DNA of 64,000 nucleotides from Candidatus Latescibacterota bacterium (GTDB lineage: Bacteria > Latescibacterota > UBA2968 > GCA-2709665). Positions 55,645-64,000 of the stretch are shown here, in pieces. Made by a program: the position numbers and the translations under genes. The stretch covers positions 3,392,001 through 3,456,000 of the forward strand of contig OZ252100.1 of NCBI GenBank assembly GCA_965248435.1, written 5' to 3'. Numbering within the stretch: the stretch's first letter is position 1; each line of letters starts with the position of its first letter. Under the pieces are notes generated by a model. That model searched no databases. It saw only the letters and a list, made by a program, of their open reading frames with translations, and was not told where the DNA came from.

Positions 55645-58600
55645 CTATTCGCCCTTCGAGCGTTTCTCCAAGTCTTGGATCCGATTCTGTGCGTGCACGC
55701 CGAAATCGCTGGCTGAACCGAATCGATCTTGTATTTCTTCCAGTTCCTGAATCGCCAGTTTGTAGTCGCCCTGGGCTTCGTAGCTTTCCGCCAGACCATA
55801 CAGGGCGCTCGCCAACCAGTTGGCGCTGCCTTTGAACTTGTAGCGGAGTTTCAAGAATTCCCTTCTCGCGCTCTCGTGCGCTCCCATCTTGAGGTAGCAC
55901 TGGGCGATCGTGTATTGGACGCTGGACCACTCGTTCTCATCGAGGTCACGAAGCTGGGGTGTTAACTGCTCGATGGCCTGCTCGAAGTTTCCGTTTCTGT
56001 GAAGCATATCTCCGATGTTGATTCGCGCGTCTTTGGCATTCTTGTGATGAGGGAATTCCTGCACGAGCTGGCGCGCATAATCGATCGCGGTGCTGTAGAG
56101 TTTCAAGTTGCTGTGGACTTCGGCAAGTTTACCGAGGACGAGTGGCTTCTCCTCCTCGGCAAGCCCATTGCCCAGGGCCTTCTGGTAGGCCCTTGTGGCG
56201 CTGGCGAAATCTTCATCCTTGTAGTAGAGGTCGGCGAGTTCGAGCGTTGCACTCGACCAGTGTTGATTCTTGGGGTGGCGATTCACGAACGAAAGCAGCG
56301 CTTCGAGATATTCTTCCGCCTTGCCCGCCCTGTGGAGGGCGCGAATCTGATAATAGCGTGCTTCCGCGATGGCCTTCGTGCCTGGATAGCGTTTGATGAC
56401 AGCCTTGAAGACCTGATCGGCCTTCTTGAAATTGCCCACCTTGAGGTAGTGCTTCCCCTCTTCAATGTCAAAAAAGGCAAGCCATTGATCGGCATCCTTG
56501 TATGCCTTTCTGAACTTCTTGACCCCTTTGCGCGCCTGCTTGATCTGTGCGAGGTGGAAGTGGCTCAAGACCTCGTGAGCGGCAACGGTCTGCGTTCGAG
56601 CCGCTGGGGGGATCTGTCGGTAAACGGAAAGCGCGTTTCCATACTCCCCGGACTGAAAGAGCAGGTTTCCAACGGTGCGTGTCGCTTCCTCTTTGAGCGG
56701 ACTGTGAGCGAACTTTACGGAGAACTCTCGGAAAGCGCCGATGGCCTCGGACGTGCGGTTCAGATAAGAAAGGAGCTCGGCTCGCACGAAGGCCACGCTG
56801 TCCACGTCCGCGGCTGCGGGAAAGGTGCGCGTGTAGACGGAGTAGGCCTCGATCGCTTTGGCCTCCTGGCCAGATTCCTGATAGGATCGACCGAGTCTCC
56901 GGAGGAGGGTGGGGTCCTCTCCCTTCGAGAGGAGTGCGCTGTAGATCTCAATGGCCTTCTCATAATCGCCCGATCGAAAGTAACACTCTGCCAGCAATGT
57001 TCTACTGGATCGCCCGAGCAAGAGGGTCGACGGCGCGTTTAGCAGCTCTGAGAATTCCTCGGCAGCGCTTCTATGGTAACCCCTATCGAGTAGAATGCGA
57101 CCGAGTTGAAATCGAGCGTGGTCGGCCAGGCTGCTTTGGGGGAACGCGAAGAGAAAGTCACGCAGCGCTTCTTCGGCTTCTATATAGTCCCCGGAGCGCG
57201 CAAGGCACAGCCCGATGCCGTAGTGGGCCTGTTCGAGATGCGGGCTCTGTGGAAAGCGTTCGGTGAGGTCGCGATAGGCCTTCAGCGCTTTCCCATAATG
57301 TGACGCGTCTGTTTCCCCGAGCAGGAAGTGGCCTTCGGCCGTTCCGAGGAGGGCGGCGTCCAGGCGGTCACTCTTTGGATAGGTTTCCTGAAACCCCTGG
57401 TAGGCTTCGAGCGTACGGACTGCACGCGTCGTGTCGGGTTCCAGGTCGGCCAGCTCGGCACCGATCAATCCCAAGGCGGCATCGTCGCCCCACTCGCTCT
57501 CCTGAAAGTTGGAGACGACGTCCCGATGCGCGGACAAAGCGAGAAGAAGGTATTCGTCGGCCTTTCCCCTTCGTCCTTCGAGCCTGGCCCTGGATGCGAG
57601 TTTCTGATAACACTTGCCGAGCAGAAGCCCGGCCTCCGGGGCAAAGGGAGGAGGCGTGTCGCCCGACAAAGAAGCCAACAGGCGCTGCGATGCGAGCTGA
57701 TAATCTCGTCGCTCGTAGAGAAACCGTCCGATCATAAATTGCGCGTGTGCATCTCCGGAAAGGGCCGGGAGGTTCGTGAGCAGTTCGAGAAGGCCTTCCG
57801 GCAGAGTGCCTCCGCCGTGGGGGGCGAATTCTCGGAGAATCTTGATCCGCGTTTCTGCTTCGGCCGCTCGATCCCCATCCGGATGGTGCGCGAGGTAGTT
57901 CCTGTATTCGCGAATGGCGAAGTTGGGATGCCCCATCTTTTCAAAGGTCGCCGCGAGCCCGAATCTGGCCTGGGAAGCGTAGGGTGCAGACGCCCCCAGG
58001 AGCTGCTCGTAGCTTCTCACCGCGTGATCGTACCAGCCAAGATGCCGTTCCTGGATCGCTGCGATACGAAGCCTTGCAAGGGCCTTCATTTCAGGATCGG
58101 TCACGCGATCTTCGTAGTTTCGGTATGCGGTGAGGGCCTTTTGTGGCGTTCCGACATCGCGCCAGAGGTCACCCATCTCTTTGAGGGCTTCCGTTGCCGT
58201 CGGGCTACTCGGAAACTCTTCGCGGAGGCGCTTGAAGGCCTCCAGTGCGCTCCTGAAGTCGCGCAAATCGGCATAGGCGCAGCCCAACCCCAACCAGGCT
58301 TCCGGAGCAAATGGGCTGGAGGGGTAGACTTTGAGAAATTCCCCGTATAGCGTACGGGCCTCAGCGTTTTTCCCCATCTTTCTGAAGACGTCGGAAAGGC
58401 CGAGAACGGCCTGCTGGCGGCGCTTGTTTCTGGGCAGTGCCGAGCGGGCCTCGGCGTAGATCTGGGCCGCCCTCTGCCAATCTTCCTGCGCAGAGAACCA
58501 GCGTGCGCGAACAAGGTAGGACCTCTCCGCGGAAGTGCTCTTCGGGAAGTTCTTCCTTAGCTGCGAAAATACACGCTCAGCCTCGACAAGGTCCTGCCTG

Positions 58601-59283
58601 GCGAGGGCCAGTTCCCCGATCTGGAGGAGCGCGTCCGGTTTGCGTTCCGTCGTTCCCTGGAACTCACTGAGTGTCTGAAACTGGTCGAGTGCCTCCGTGT
58701 GGCGATCCGCCTGGAGCAGGACGAGTCCGAGATTATAGACGGCTTCGTGGAAGAGGGGTGTTCCGGGGTATCGGTCGATCAGCCTGCGAAAGGCGGATCC
58801 TCCACTATCGAGGTCTCCGCCCTTGTGGTAATTATAGCCTGCTGAAAGGAGGTCTTGAGCGGCGTACTCACCCGCGGGGAATGCGTCGTGCACCTCTTGG
58901 AAGGCCGCACCGGCTTTGGTATATTGACCGAGCCTCACGAATGACTGGGCCTTGCGACGCATGGCGCTCGCGACCTGCAGATGCTTGGGGAACCTGTCCA
59001 CAAAGTCGGAGAAGACCTGGACGGCCTCGGGATAAGACTCACCCTGGAAGTGAGATTCGGCCAGGCGGAAGATCGCTAGAGGAAGCCTCTCGCTCGTCGG
59101 AAAGTTGAGGATGAATCGCCTGAATTCTTGTGCCGCATTGACATACGATGCATCCTCGAACAGCCTCTGGGCCAGCTCGAAGCTGTCTTTCTCATCCTTT
59201 GGGCCCTGGGCCACCAGCGCCGGGTTCAGGGCCGTAAAGAAGAGGAGTCCAGCAAGGCCCAACGAGCTCAGAAATTGGGGCAT
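55645..59283 (-). CDS. Large exported TPR protein (YbgF/CpoB/BamD-like repeats)
   Basis: Signal peptide; many repeats of type A...F......FP.S....A...LG. Confidence 0.87.
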   Translation of the reverse strand: MPQFLSSLGLAGLLFFTALNPALVAQGPKDEKDSFELAQRLFEDASYVNAAQEFRRFILNFPTSERLPLAIFRLAESHFQGESYPEAVQVFSDFVDRFPKHLQVASAMRRKAQSFVRLGQYTKAGAAFQEVHDAFPAGEYAAQDLLSAGYNYHKGGDLDSGGSAFRRLIDRYPGTPLFHEAVYNLGLVLLQADRHTEALDQFQTLSEFQGTTERKPDALLQIGELALARQDLVEAERVFSQLRKNFPKSTSAERSYLVRARWFSAQEDWQRAAQIYAEARSALPRNKRRQQAVLGLSDVFRKMGKNAEARTLYGEFLKVYPSSPFAPEAWLGLGCAYADLRDFRSALEAFKRLREEFPSSPTATEALKEMGDLWRDVGTPQKALTAYRNYEDRVTDPEMKALARLRIAAIQERHLGWYDHAVRSYEQLLGASAPYASQARFGLAATFEKMGHPNFAIREYRNYLAHHPDGDRAAEAETRIKILREFAPHGGGTLPEGLLELLTNLPALSGDAHAQFMIGRFLYERRDYQLASQRLLASLSGDTPPPFAPEAGLLLGKCYQKLASRARLEGRRGKADEYLLLALSAHRDVVSNFQESEWGDDAALGLIGAELADLEPDTTRAVRTLEAYQGFQETYPKSDRLDAALLGTAEGHFLLGETDASHYGKALKAYRDLTERFPQSPHLEQAHYGIGLCLARSGDYIEAEEALRDFLFAFPQSSLADHARFQLGRILLDRGYHRSAAEEFSELLNAPSTLLLGRSSRTLLAECYFRSGDYEKAIEIYSALLSKGEDPTLLRRLGRSYQESGQEAKAIEAYSVYTRTFPAAADVDSVAFVRAELLSYLNRTSEAIGAFREFSVKFAHSPLKEEATRTVGNLLFQSGEYGNALSVYRQIPPAARTQTVAAHEVLSHFHLAQIKQARKGVKKFRKAYKDADQWLAFFDIEEGKHYLKVGNFKKADQVFKAVIKRYPGTKAIAEARYYQIRALHRAGKAEEYLEALLSFVNRHPKNQHWSSATLELADLYYKDEDFASATRAYQKALGNGLAEEEKPLVLGKLAEVHSNLKLYSTAIDYARQLVQEFPHHKNAKDARINIGDMLHRNGNFEQAIEQLTPQLRDLDENEWSSVQYTIAQCYLKMGAHESARREFLKLRYKFKGSANWLASALYGLAESYEAQGDYKLAIQELEEIQDRFGSASDFGVHAQNRIQDLEKRSKGE

Positions 59284-59352
59284 CAGATTCTCTAAAGGGT
59301 TAATATTTTCAAAATTTTACGCTGGTTATCGGGCGTACGACCGATCAACTCC

Positions 59353-59381
59353 AATTTAGAATATTTGTGGATGACGGTCAA
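59353..59381 (-). promoter_or_regulatory. sigma70 promoter for the large TPR gene
   Basis: TTGACC-17bp-TAAATT. Confidence 0.55.
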
Positions 59382-59492
59382 TCTATAATTTTTGAATGAG
59401 CCCCCTTACGATCAAGGCTCATCAGCGAAAGACCCACGCTATGTGACCGAGCTTGCTCGGTCTGCAAGTTTGGCAGAATGAGAGGGGAATAT

Positions 59493-59572
59493 CGTATCTC
59501 GCATCTCGTGAAGCGTATCTCGTCGGATGTATTCCGGGATGGAATGATACGGAATACGAGATACGAGATACG
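59493..59572. repeat. Inverted heptamer arrays (CGTATCT)n / (AGATACG)n
   Basis: CGTATCTCGCATCTCG...CGTATCTCG facing GATACGGAATACGAGATACGAGATACG. Confidence 0.75.
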
Positions 59573-59621
59573 GTGTGATGGTATATGATGAGTCGAAATC
59601 AAGTTGATAGGAAGGGGACCT

Positions 59622-60488
59622 ATGCAGGTCTTCACTGAAAAGGCTTACGCGAAGATCAACCTGGGACTGAAGGTACTCAAGCGAAGACCGGACGGCTACC
59701 ACGACATCCTATCCGTTCTTCAGACGGTCGACCTTTCAGACAGCTTGACGTTTGAACCGGCCGAAGGGGGCGCCATTGAGGTCGTGTGCGAGGACAGACA
59801 CATCCCTGCTGGGCGCGGCAACCTGGCCTATCAGGCCGCAGAGGCCATGCAGGCGGCGTGTCGCGAGCAGAAGGCTCGAGGGGTACGCATCGATCTGAGA
59901 AAGCAGATTCCAGTTGGCGCGGGTCTTGGAGGAGGGAGTTCCGACGCCGCGGCTGTGCTTCTTGCTCTTGACCGAGCGTGGGAATTGAACCTGTCGCGAG
60001 ACGAGCTGGGCGCGATCGCTCTGGGACTCGGCTCCGATGTTGGTTTTTTCTTGCAACAGGGTACGGCGATCGTGTCGGGGAGGGGTGACAAGATGAGGTA
60101 TGTTCAGTGGGATGGGGAGTTCACCTACCTGCTGGTCGATCCCGGTTTCCAGATTTCCACAGGGTGGGCTTATGATTCTTTGAAAATTGAGTTGACAGCA
60201 GAGCCGCTGTACGTTACGTTTCTGAACTCTGTAAAAAATCGAAGACGATTACCACCGGCTACCCTGTTTGAATGTCTGGAAAACGATTTTCTCCCCCTCG
60301 TCGAATCGTCTCATCCGGAAGTGAGGGGGATTCTGGACGCACTCGAATCAGCAGGGGCACTGGTTCGCTCTCTTTCCGGAAGCGGCTCGACGCTCTATGG
60401 TGTATTTAGTGAGGGTGGGCAGGCCTCTGAGGCGGGCAGGCGTCTGAGACAGGTCGGTTATCGGAGTTTTCTCTGCCGCGCAGTGTAG
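59622..60488 (+). CDS. ispE: 4-diphosphocytidyl-2-C-methyl-D-erythritol kinase
   Basis: AYAKINLGL....RPDGYH, KQIPVGAGLGGGSSDAAA, LGSDV.FF, NDF, SGSGST. Confidence 0.95.
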   Translation: MQVFTEKAYAKINLGLKVLKRRPDGYHDILSVLQTVDLSDSLTFEPAEGGAIEVVCEDRHIPAGRGNLAYQAAEAMQAACREQKARGVRIDLRKQIPVGAGLGGGSSDAAAVLLALDRAWELNLSRDELGAIALGLGSDVGFFLQQGTAIVSGRGDKMRYVQWDGEFTYLLVDPGFQISTGWAYDSLKIELTAEPLYVTFLNSVKNRRRLPPATLFECLENDFLPLVESSHPEVRGILDALESAGALVRSLSGSGSTLYGVFSEGGQASEAGRRLRQVGYRSFLCRAV

Positions 60489-60551
60489 GAAACGGGAGCC
60501 CTCGCTAGAAGACGAGCAAGATATGGTGGGGCCGGTCGAAATCGATTGGAT

Positions 60552-60622
60552 TGCCGGGTCGTCTAATGGCAAGACCGCGGCCTTTGGCGCCGTTAATCGG
60601 GGTTCGAATCCCTGCCCGGCAG
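60552..60622 (+). tRNA. tRNA-Gln(TTG), CCA not encoded
   Basis: Acceptor TGCCGGG/CCCGGCA, D-arm GTCT..AGAC, anticodon stem GCGGC/GCCGT with TTG, T-loop TTCGAAT; typical position after ispE. Confidence 0.93.
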
Positions 60623-60681
60623 GTCCTACTGTTCCGGCAGCTTTCGAAGGAAGGCTGCCGATTAAGCCCTGGGATGTGGAA

Positions 60682-61371
60682 ATGGCTGAGACCCTTCTAA
60701 AATTCGAACCCCGAGAGAAGGCGGGATCGCAGGGGGCCCGGCGCATGCGGCGGAACGGCCAGGTTCCGGGCGTCGTCTATGGTGATGGCGGACCCCCGTC
60801 GACCGTTTCTGTGGACCATAAAGCCCTGTGGGACCTCCTTCATCAGCGGGGTCGAAACGTGATCGTTTCTCTGGTGCCTGGTGATGATGGGGAGAAGGGC
60901 GCCCAGACAACGATCATAAAAGAACTCCAGCATCATCCGATTCGGGCGGAGATTCTCCACGTGGATTTTCACAGAATCTCCCTGACTGAGAAGATCGTTG
61001 TGGAGGTAGCCTTGGTGGTGGTCGGATCGGCGGTCGGTGTCCGAGAAGGGGGTGGGGTGCTGGAGCACATGCTGCATCGCGTGGAAGTAGAATGTCTGGC
61101 GGGGGAGATCCCGGATCGGATCGAAGTGGATGTTGCGCCGATGAACGTTGGCGACGCTCTTCACGTGTCCGACCTGGTTTTGGAGGGAGACGCGAGGATC
61201 GTTACCGAAGGGGATCGATCCGTTCTCGTCGTCGTCCCGCCGACGGTGGCTAAAGAACCGGAAGAGGAAGCCGAAGCCGAGGTGCTGGCTGAGGAAGAGG
61301 AAATGCTGGAACCCGAGGTAATCGAGAGAGGCAAGAAGGAAGAGCCTGACGAGGAAGGTGAGGAGAAGTAG
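60682..61371 (+). CDS. rplY: 50S ribosomal protein L25/Ctc (long form)
   Basis: ARRMRRNG.VPGVVYG, IKELQHHP...ILHVDF, G..EGG.L, IP..IEVDV, acidic tail. Confidence 0.95.
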   Translation: MAETLLKFEPREKAGSQGARRMRRNGQVPGVVYGDGGPPSTVSVDHKALWDLLHQRGRNVIVSLVPGDDGEKGAQTTIIKELQHHPIRAEILHVDFHRISLTEKIVVEVALVVVGSAVGVREGGGVLEHMLHRVEVECLAGEIPDRIEVDVAPMNVGDALHVSDLVLEGDARIVTEGDRSVLVVVPPTVAKEPEEEAEAEVLAEEEEMLEPEVIERGKKEEPDEEGEEK

Positions 61372-61382
61372 AGGCGGGCAGC

Positions 61383-61949
61383 GTTCTCAAGGCCGCGGTT
61401 GGGCTGGGCAACCCGGGAAATCGGTACGCGTCGACACGTCACAATCTTGGCTTCCGGGTGGTCGACCTGCTGCAAATGGAAAGTGGAGTCGGCTGGTCGA
61501 AGGCGCCAAGTTACCATTCGTGCGAGGTGCCCTGCGGTTCGGATCGGCTTCTCCTGGTCAAGCCGATGACTTTTATGAACGGGAGCGGTGTTGCGGTGGC
61601 GAATGTCGTGGAAGATTTCGGCTTGGGGCCCGTGGATATGCTGATGGTCGTTGACGACGTGAACCTGGATTTGGAGCGGATTCGCTTCCGTCGGGCGGGG
61701 AGTCACGGGAGGCACAATGGCCTGCGCTCCATCATCGACACCCTGGAGGTTTCAGGTTTTCACAGGCTCAGGATGGGCATCGGCGGGCCGCCCGCGGGCA
61801 CTGACCTGATCGACTTCGTGCTGAGTGGTTTCACCGAAGAAGAAGAAGCTTCTGTTGAGGCCTCTGTTCGTTCAGCCGCAGACGGGGTGTTTACCTGGCG
61901 GACTGAAGGTCTGGAGGCAGCTATGAATCGTTTCAACGCAGTTTCATAG
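61383..61949 (+). CDS. pth: Peptidyl-tRNA hydrolase (start codon non-canonical, position approximate)
   Basis: In-frame VGLGNPG..Y..TRHNLGF upstream of the ORF-track start; KP.TFMN.SG, VDD, GSHG.HNGLRSI, RLR.GIG, FVL..F. Confidence 0.92.
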   Translation, partial: VLKAAVGLGNPGNRYASTRHNLGFRVVDLLQMESGVGWSKAPSYHSCEVPCGSDRLLLVKPMTFMNGSGVAVANVVEDFGLGPVDMLMVVDDVNLDLERIRFRRAGSHGRHNGLRSIIDTLEVSGFHRLRMGIGGPPAGTDLIDFVLSGFTEEEEASVEASVRSAADGVFTWRTEGLEAAMNRFNAVS

Positions 61950-61966
61950 GATTAAACACTGGTGAG

Positions 61967-63982
61967 GTGGATGTGATTATATGGCCTCCGATACTGGGAG
62001 TGATTGGCCTTCTGATTGCGGTGTTGGTCTATCTCTACATTTTGAAGCAACCGGTTGGAACCGACCGGATGCGAGAGATTTCAGAGGCCATCCAGGAGGG
62101 TTCGATGGCCTTCCTGAAGCGTGAATACGGTGTTCTCGCCATTTTCATCGCGTTGGTATTCGTCCTGCTCTATCTAGGCATCAACCCCGCGACTGCCGTG
62201 GCTTTCCTCGGGGGAGCGATCTGTTCGATCGGCGCGGGTTTTATTGGAATGCAGGCGGCGACGCGCGCGAACGTCAGGACCTCTTGGGCGGCCAACCAGA
62301 AGGGCGAGGCAAAGGCCTTGGAAGTGGCCTTCGCCGGTGGCACGGTGATGGGTCTTGCGGTCGCCAGCCTCGGCATGTTCGGTGTCGGCGTGTTGTTTTA
62401 TTTCTACGGCACTCCCTCGCAGGCGGCGATCATCAACGGGTTCGCGATGGGCGCGAGTTCTATCGCGCTCTTCGCTCGCGTGGGAGGCGGCATCTACACC
62501 AAGACAGCCGACGTGGGCGCCGACCTGGTGGGTAAGGTGGAGTTAGGCATCCCGGAAGACGACCCGCGCAATCCGGCGGTGATCGCCGACCACGTGGGCG
62601 ACAACGTGGGTGATGTGGCGGGAATGGGCGCGGACATTTTCGAGTCTTACGTGGGCTCGATCGTGGCAACGATCGCGATCGCCGCAACGGCAGGTTCGGC
62701 GCTGCTGAATAAGCTGGGCGGCGACGGGGTTCTGGAGGAGTCCGCGATCAAGGCGCTGGCGATGCAGCTGCCGCTTATGGTGGTGATGATCGGTCTGGTT
62801 GCCTCTCTGGTCGGCGTGCTTTCGATGCGGGTGCTTCAATACCTCAGTCCCGCTGCCGCACTGAGGTATGCCTCTTTTATTGCTGCTTTTCTCATGTTTC
62901 TGGGCAGCTACTTCGCGATCCGGGAGATCGGTTTGTCGATGGGGGTGTTCTGGGCGATCCTGTCCGGCGGGCTGACCGGGATCACGATCGGCCTGCTGAC
63001 CGAGTACTATACTGGAGGCGCTCCGGTCCGTAGGATTGCTGAGGCCTCCCAGACAGGACCTGCGACCAATATCATCTCAGGTCTGGCGGTAGGGATGGAG
63101 AGCACAGCGCTTCCCGTGCTCGGCATCTGTATCGCCATCGGTCTGGCATTCCACTTTGCGGGACTTTACGGGATCGGCATTGCGGCGGTAGGGATGCTGG
63201 CCACGGTGGGCATCACGATGGCCGTGGATGCGTATGGACCAATCGCGGACAACGCGGGCGGGATCTCCGAGATGTCTGAGTTGGGGCCCGAGACGCGGAA
63301 GATTACAGACGGGCTGGATTCCCTGGGGAATACGACGGCGGCCATTGGCAAGGGGTTCGCGATCGGGTCGGCGGCGCTGACCGCACTGGCCATGTTTTCT
63401 GCCTACACGGCGGCGGTCAAGCTGGACGTAATCAACCTGACTTCGCCGATCGTGGTGATCGGTTTCTTTATCGGCGGGGTTATCCCCTTTCTCGTGGCCG
63501 CACAGACGATGACTTCGGTGGGGCGGGCGGCCTTTTTGATGGTAGAAGAGGTTCGGCGTCAGTTTCGGGAGATCCCGGGGTTGATGGAGGGAACCGGCAA
63601 GCCGGATACCCGGCAGTGTGTGGACATCAGCACGGTCGCGGCCCTCCGGGAGATGATTCTTCCGGGACTGGTTGCGGTCGTCGCGCCGGTGGCCGTCGGA
63701 TTCGCGCTCGGTCCAGAGGCGCTCGGCGGAATGCTTGGAGGGGCGACGCTGACCGGCGTCCTGATGGCCCTGATGATGGCGAACAGCGGCGGAGCGCTGG
63801 ACAACGGGAAGAAGTGGATCGAGGAGGGAAATCTGGGCGGCAAGGGATCGGAGGCCCACAAGGCGGCGGTGGTGGGAGATACGGTGGGAGATCCGTTGAA
63901 GGATACCTCTGGACCCTCCATGAACATCCTGATTAAACTGATGTCCGTCGTCTCGCTGGTGCTGGCTCCCCTTTTGGTTTGA
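61967..63982 (+). CDS. hppA: Membrane-bound ion-translocating pyrophosphatase, K+-dependent type (probably Na+-pumping)
   Basis: [64 protein letters not shown]. Confidence 0.95.
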   Translation: MDVIIWPPILGVIGLLIAVLVYLYILKQPVGTDRMREISEAIQEGSMAFLKREYGVLAIFIALVFVLLYLGINPATAVAFLGGAICSIGAGFIGMQAATRANVRTSWAANQKGEAKALEVAFAGGTVMGLAVASLGMFGVGVLFYFYGTPSQAAIINGFAMGASSIALFARVGGGIYTKTADVGADLVGKVELGIPEDDPRNPAVIADHVGDNVGDVAGMGADIFESYVGSIVATIAIAATAGSALLNKLGGDGVLEESAIKALAMQLPLMVVMIGLVASLVGVLSMRVLQYLSPAAALRYASFIAAFLMFLGSYFAIREIGLSMGVFWAILSGGLTGITIGLLTEYYTGGAPVRRIAEASQTGPATNIISGLAVGMESTALPVLGICIAIGLAFHFAGLYGIGIAAVGMLATVGITMAVDAYGPIADNAGGISEMSELGPETRKITDGLDSLGNTTAAIGKGFAIGSAALTALAMFSAYTAAVKLDVINLTSPIVVIGFFIGGVIPFLVAAQTMTSVGRAAFLMVEEVRRQFREIPGLMEGTGKPDTRQCVDISTVAALREMILPGLVAVVAPVAVGFALGPEALGGMLGGATLTGVLMALMMANSGGALDNGKKWIEEGNLGGKGSEAHKAAVVGDTVGDPLKDTSGPSMNILIKLMSVVSLVLAPLLV

Positions 63983-64000
63983 AACCCGAGGTAGGATGGA

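Noticed and set aside
60523-60681. N-terminal extension of L25 in the ORF track
   Set aside because: It runs through tRNA-Gln; the real start is ATG 60682.
1-64000. CRISPR array, cas genes, IS elements, rRNA; long antisense ORFs (e.g. 11936-13150, 41735-42949, 46884-48269)
   Set aside because: No regularly spaced repeat-spacer array, transposase or rRNA was recognised by eye. The antisense ORFs are GC-rich shadows of well-supported genes.

Overview
GC-rich bacterial chromosomal window, probably from an FCB-superphylum lineage such as Latescibacterota (inference from gene content, not proven). It is mostly core genes: rng, moeA-moaC, sat, rsmB, clpP, serS, hisGDCB, uvrC-ogt-xerD, an Xaa-Pro peptidase, degP, ispE-tRNA-Gln-rplY-pth, hppA and tRNA-Lys. 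A ~19 kb minus-strand surface-glycosylation cluster (21.0-39.8 kb) follows the his operon. I saw no CRISPR array, prophage, transposase or rRNA. The most notable observations are: (1) two paralogous ~480-aa hypothetical proteins (9198-10637 and 44264-45721) that look like 'split' PilZ/YcgR c-di-GMP receptors, with ~190 aa between the RxxxR and DxSxxG motifs; (2) two consensus sigma54 promoters, one in front of the first PilZ-like gene and one with a perfect IHF site and candidate enhancer repeats driving an uncalled 57-aa ORF, divergent from an uncalled 27-aa membrane peptide and a MotE/MgtE-N-like gene. With the atypical-receiver sigma54 activator and an HDOD/GAF-kinase pair, these may be a dispersed, undescribed sigma54/c-di-GMP module (hypothesis); (3) a deoxyhypusine-synthase-fold domain fused to heptose-1-P adenylyltransferase; (4) a pth gene with no ATG/GTG/TTG upstream of its catalytic N-terminus; (5) a family of 7- and 9-bp periodic intergenic repeats, including an identical 38-bp copy pair. 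All family assignments come from motif recognition by eye; no database searches were run.
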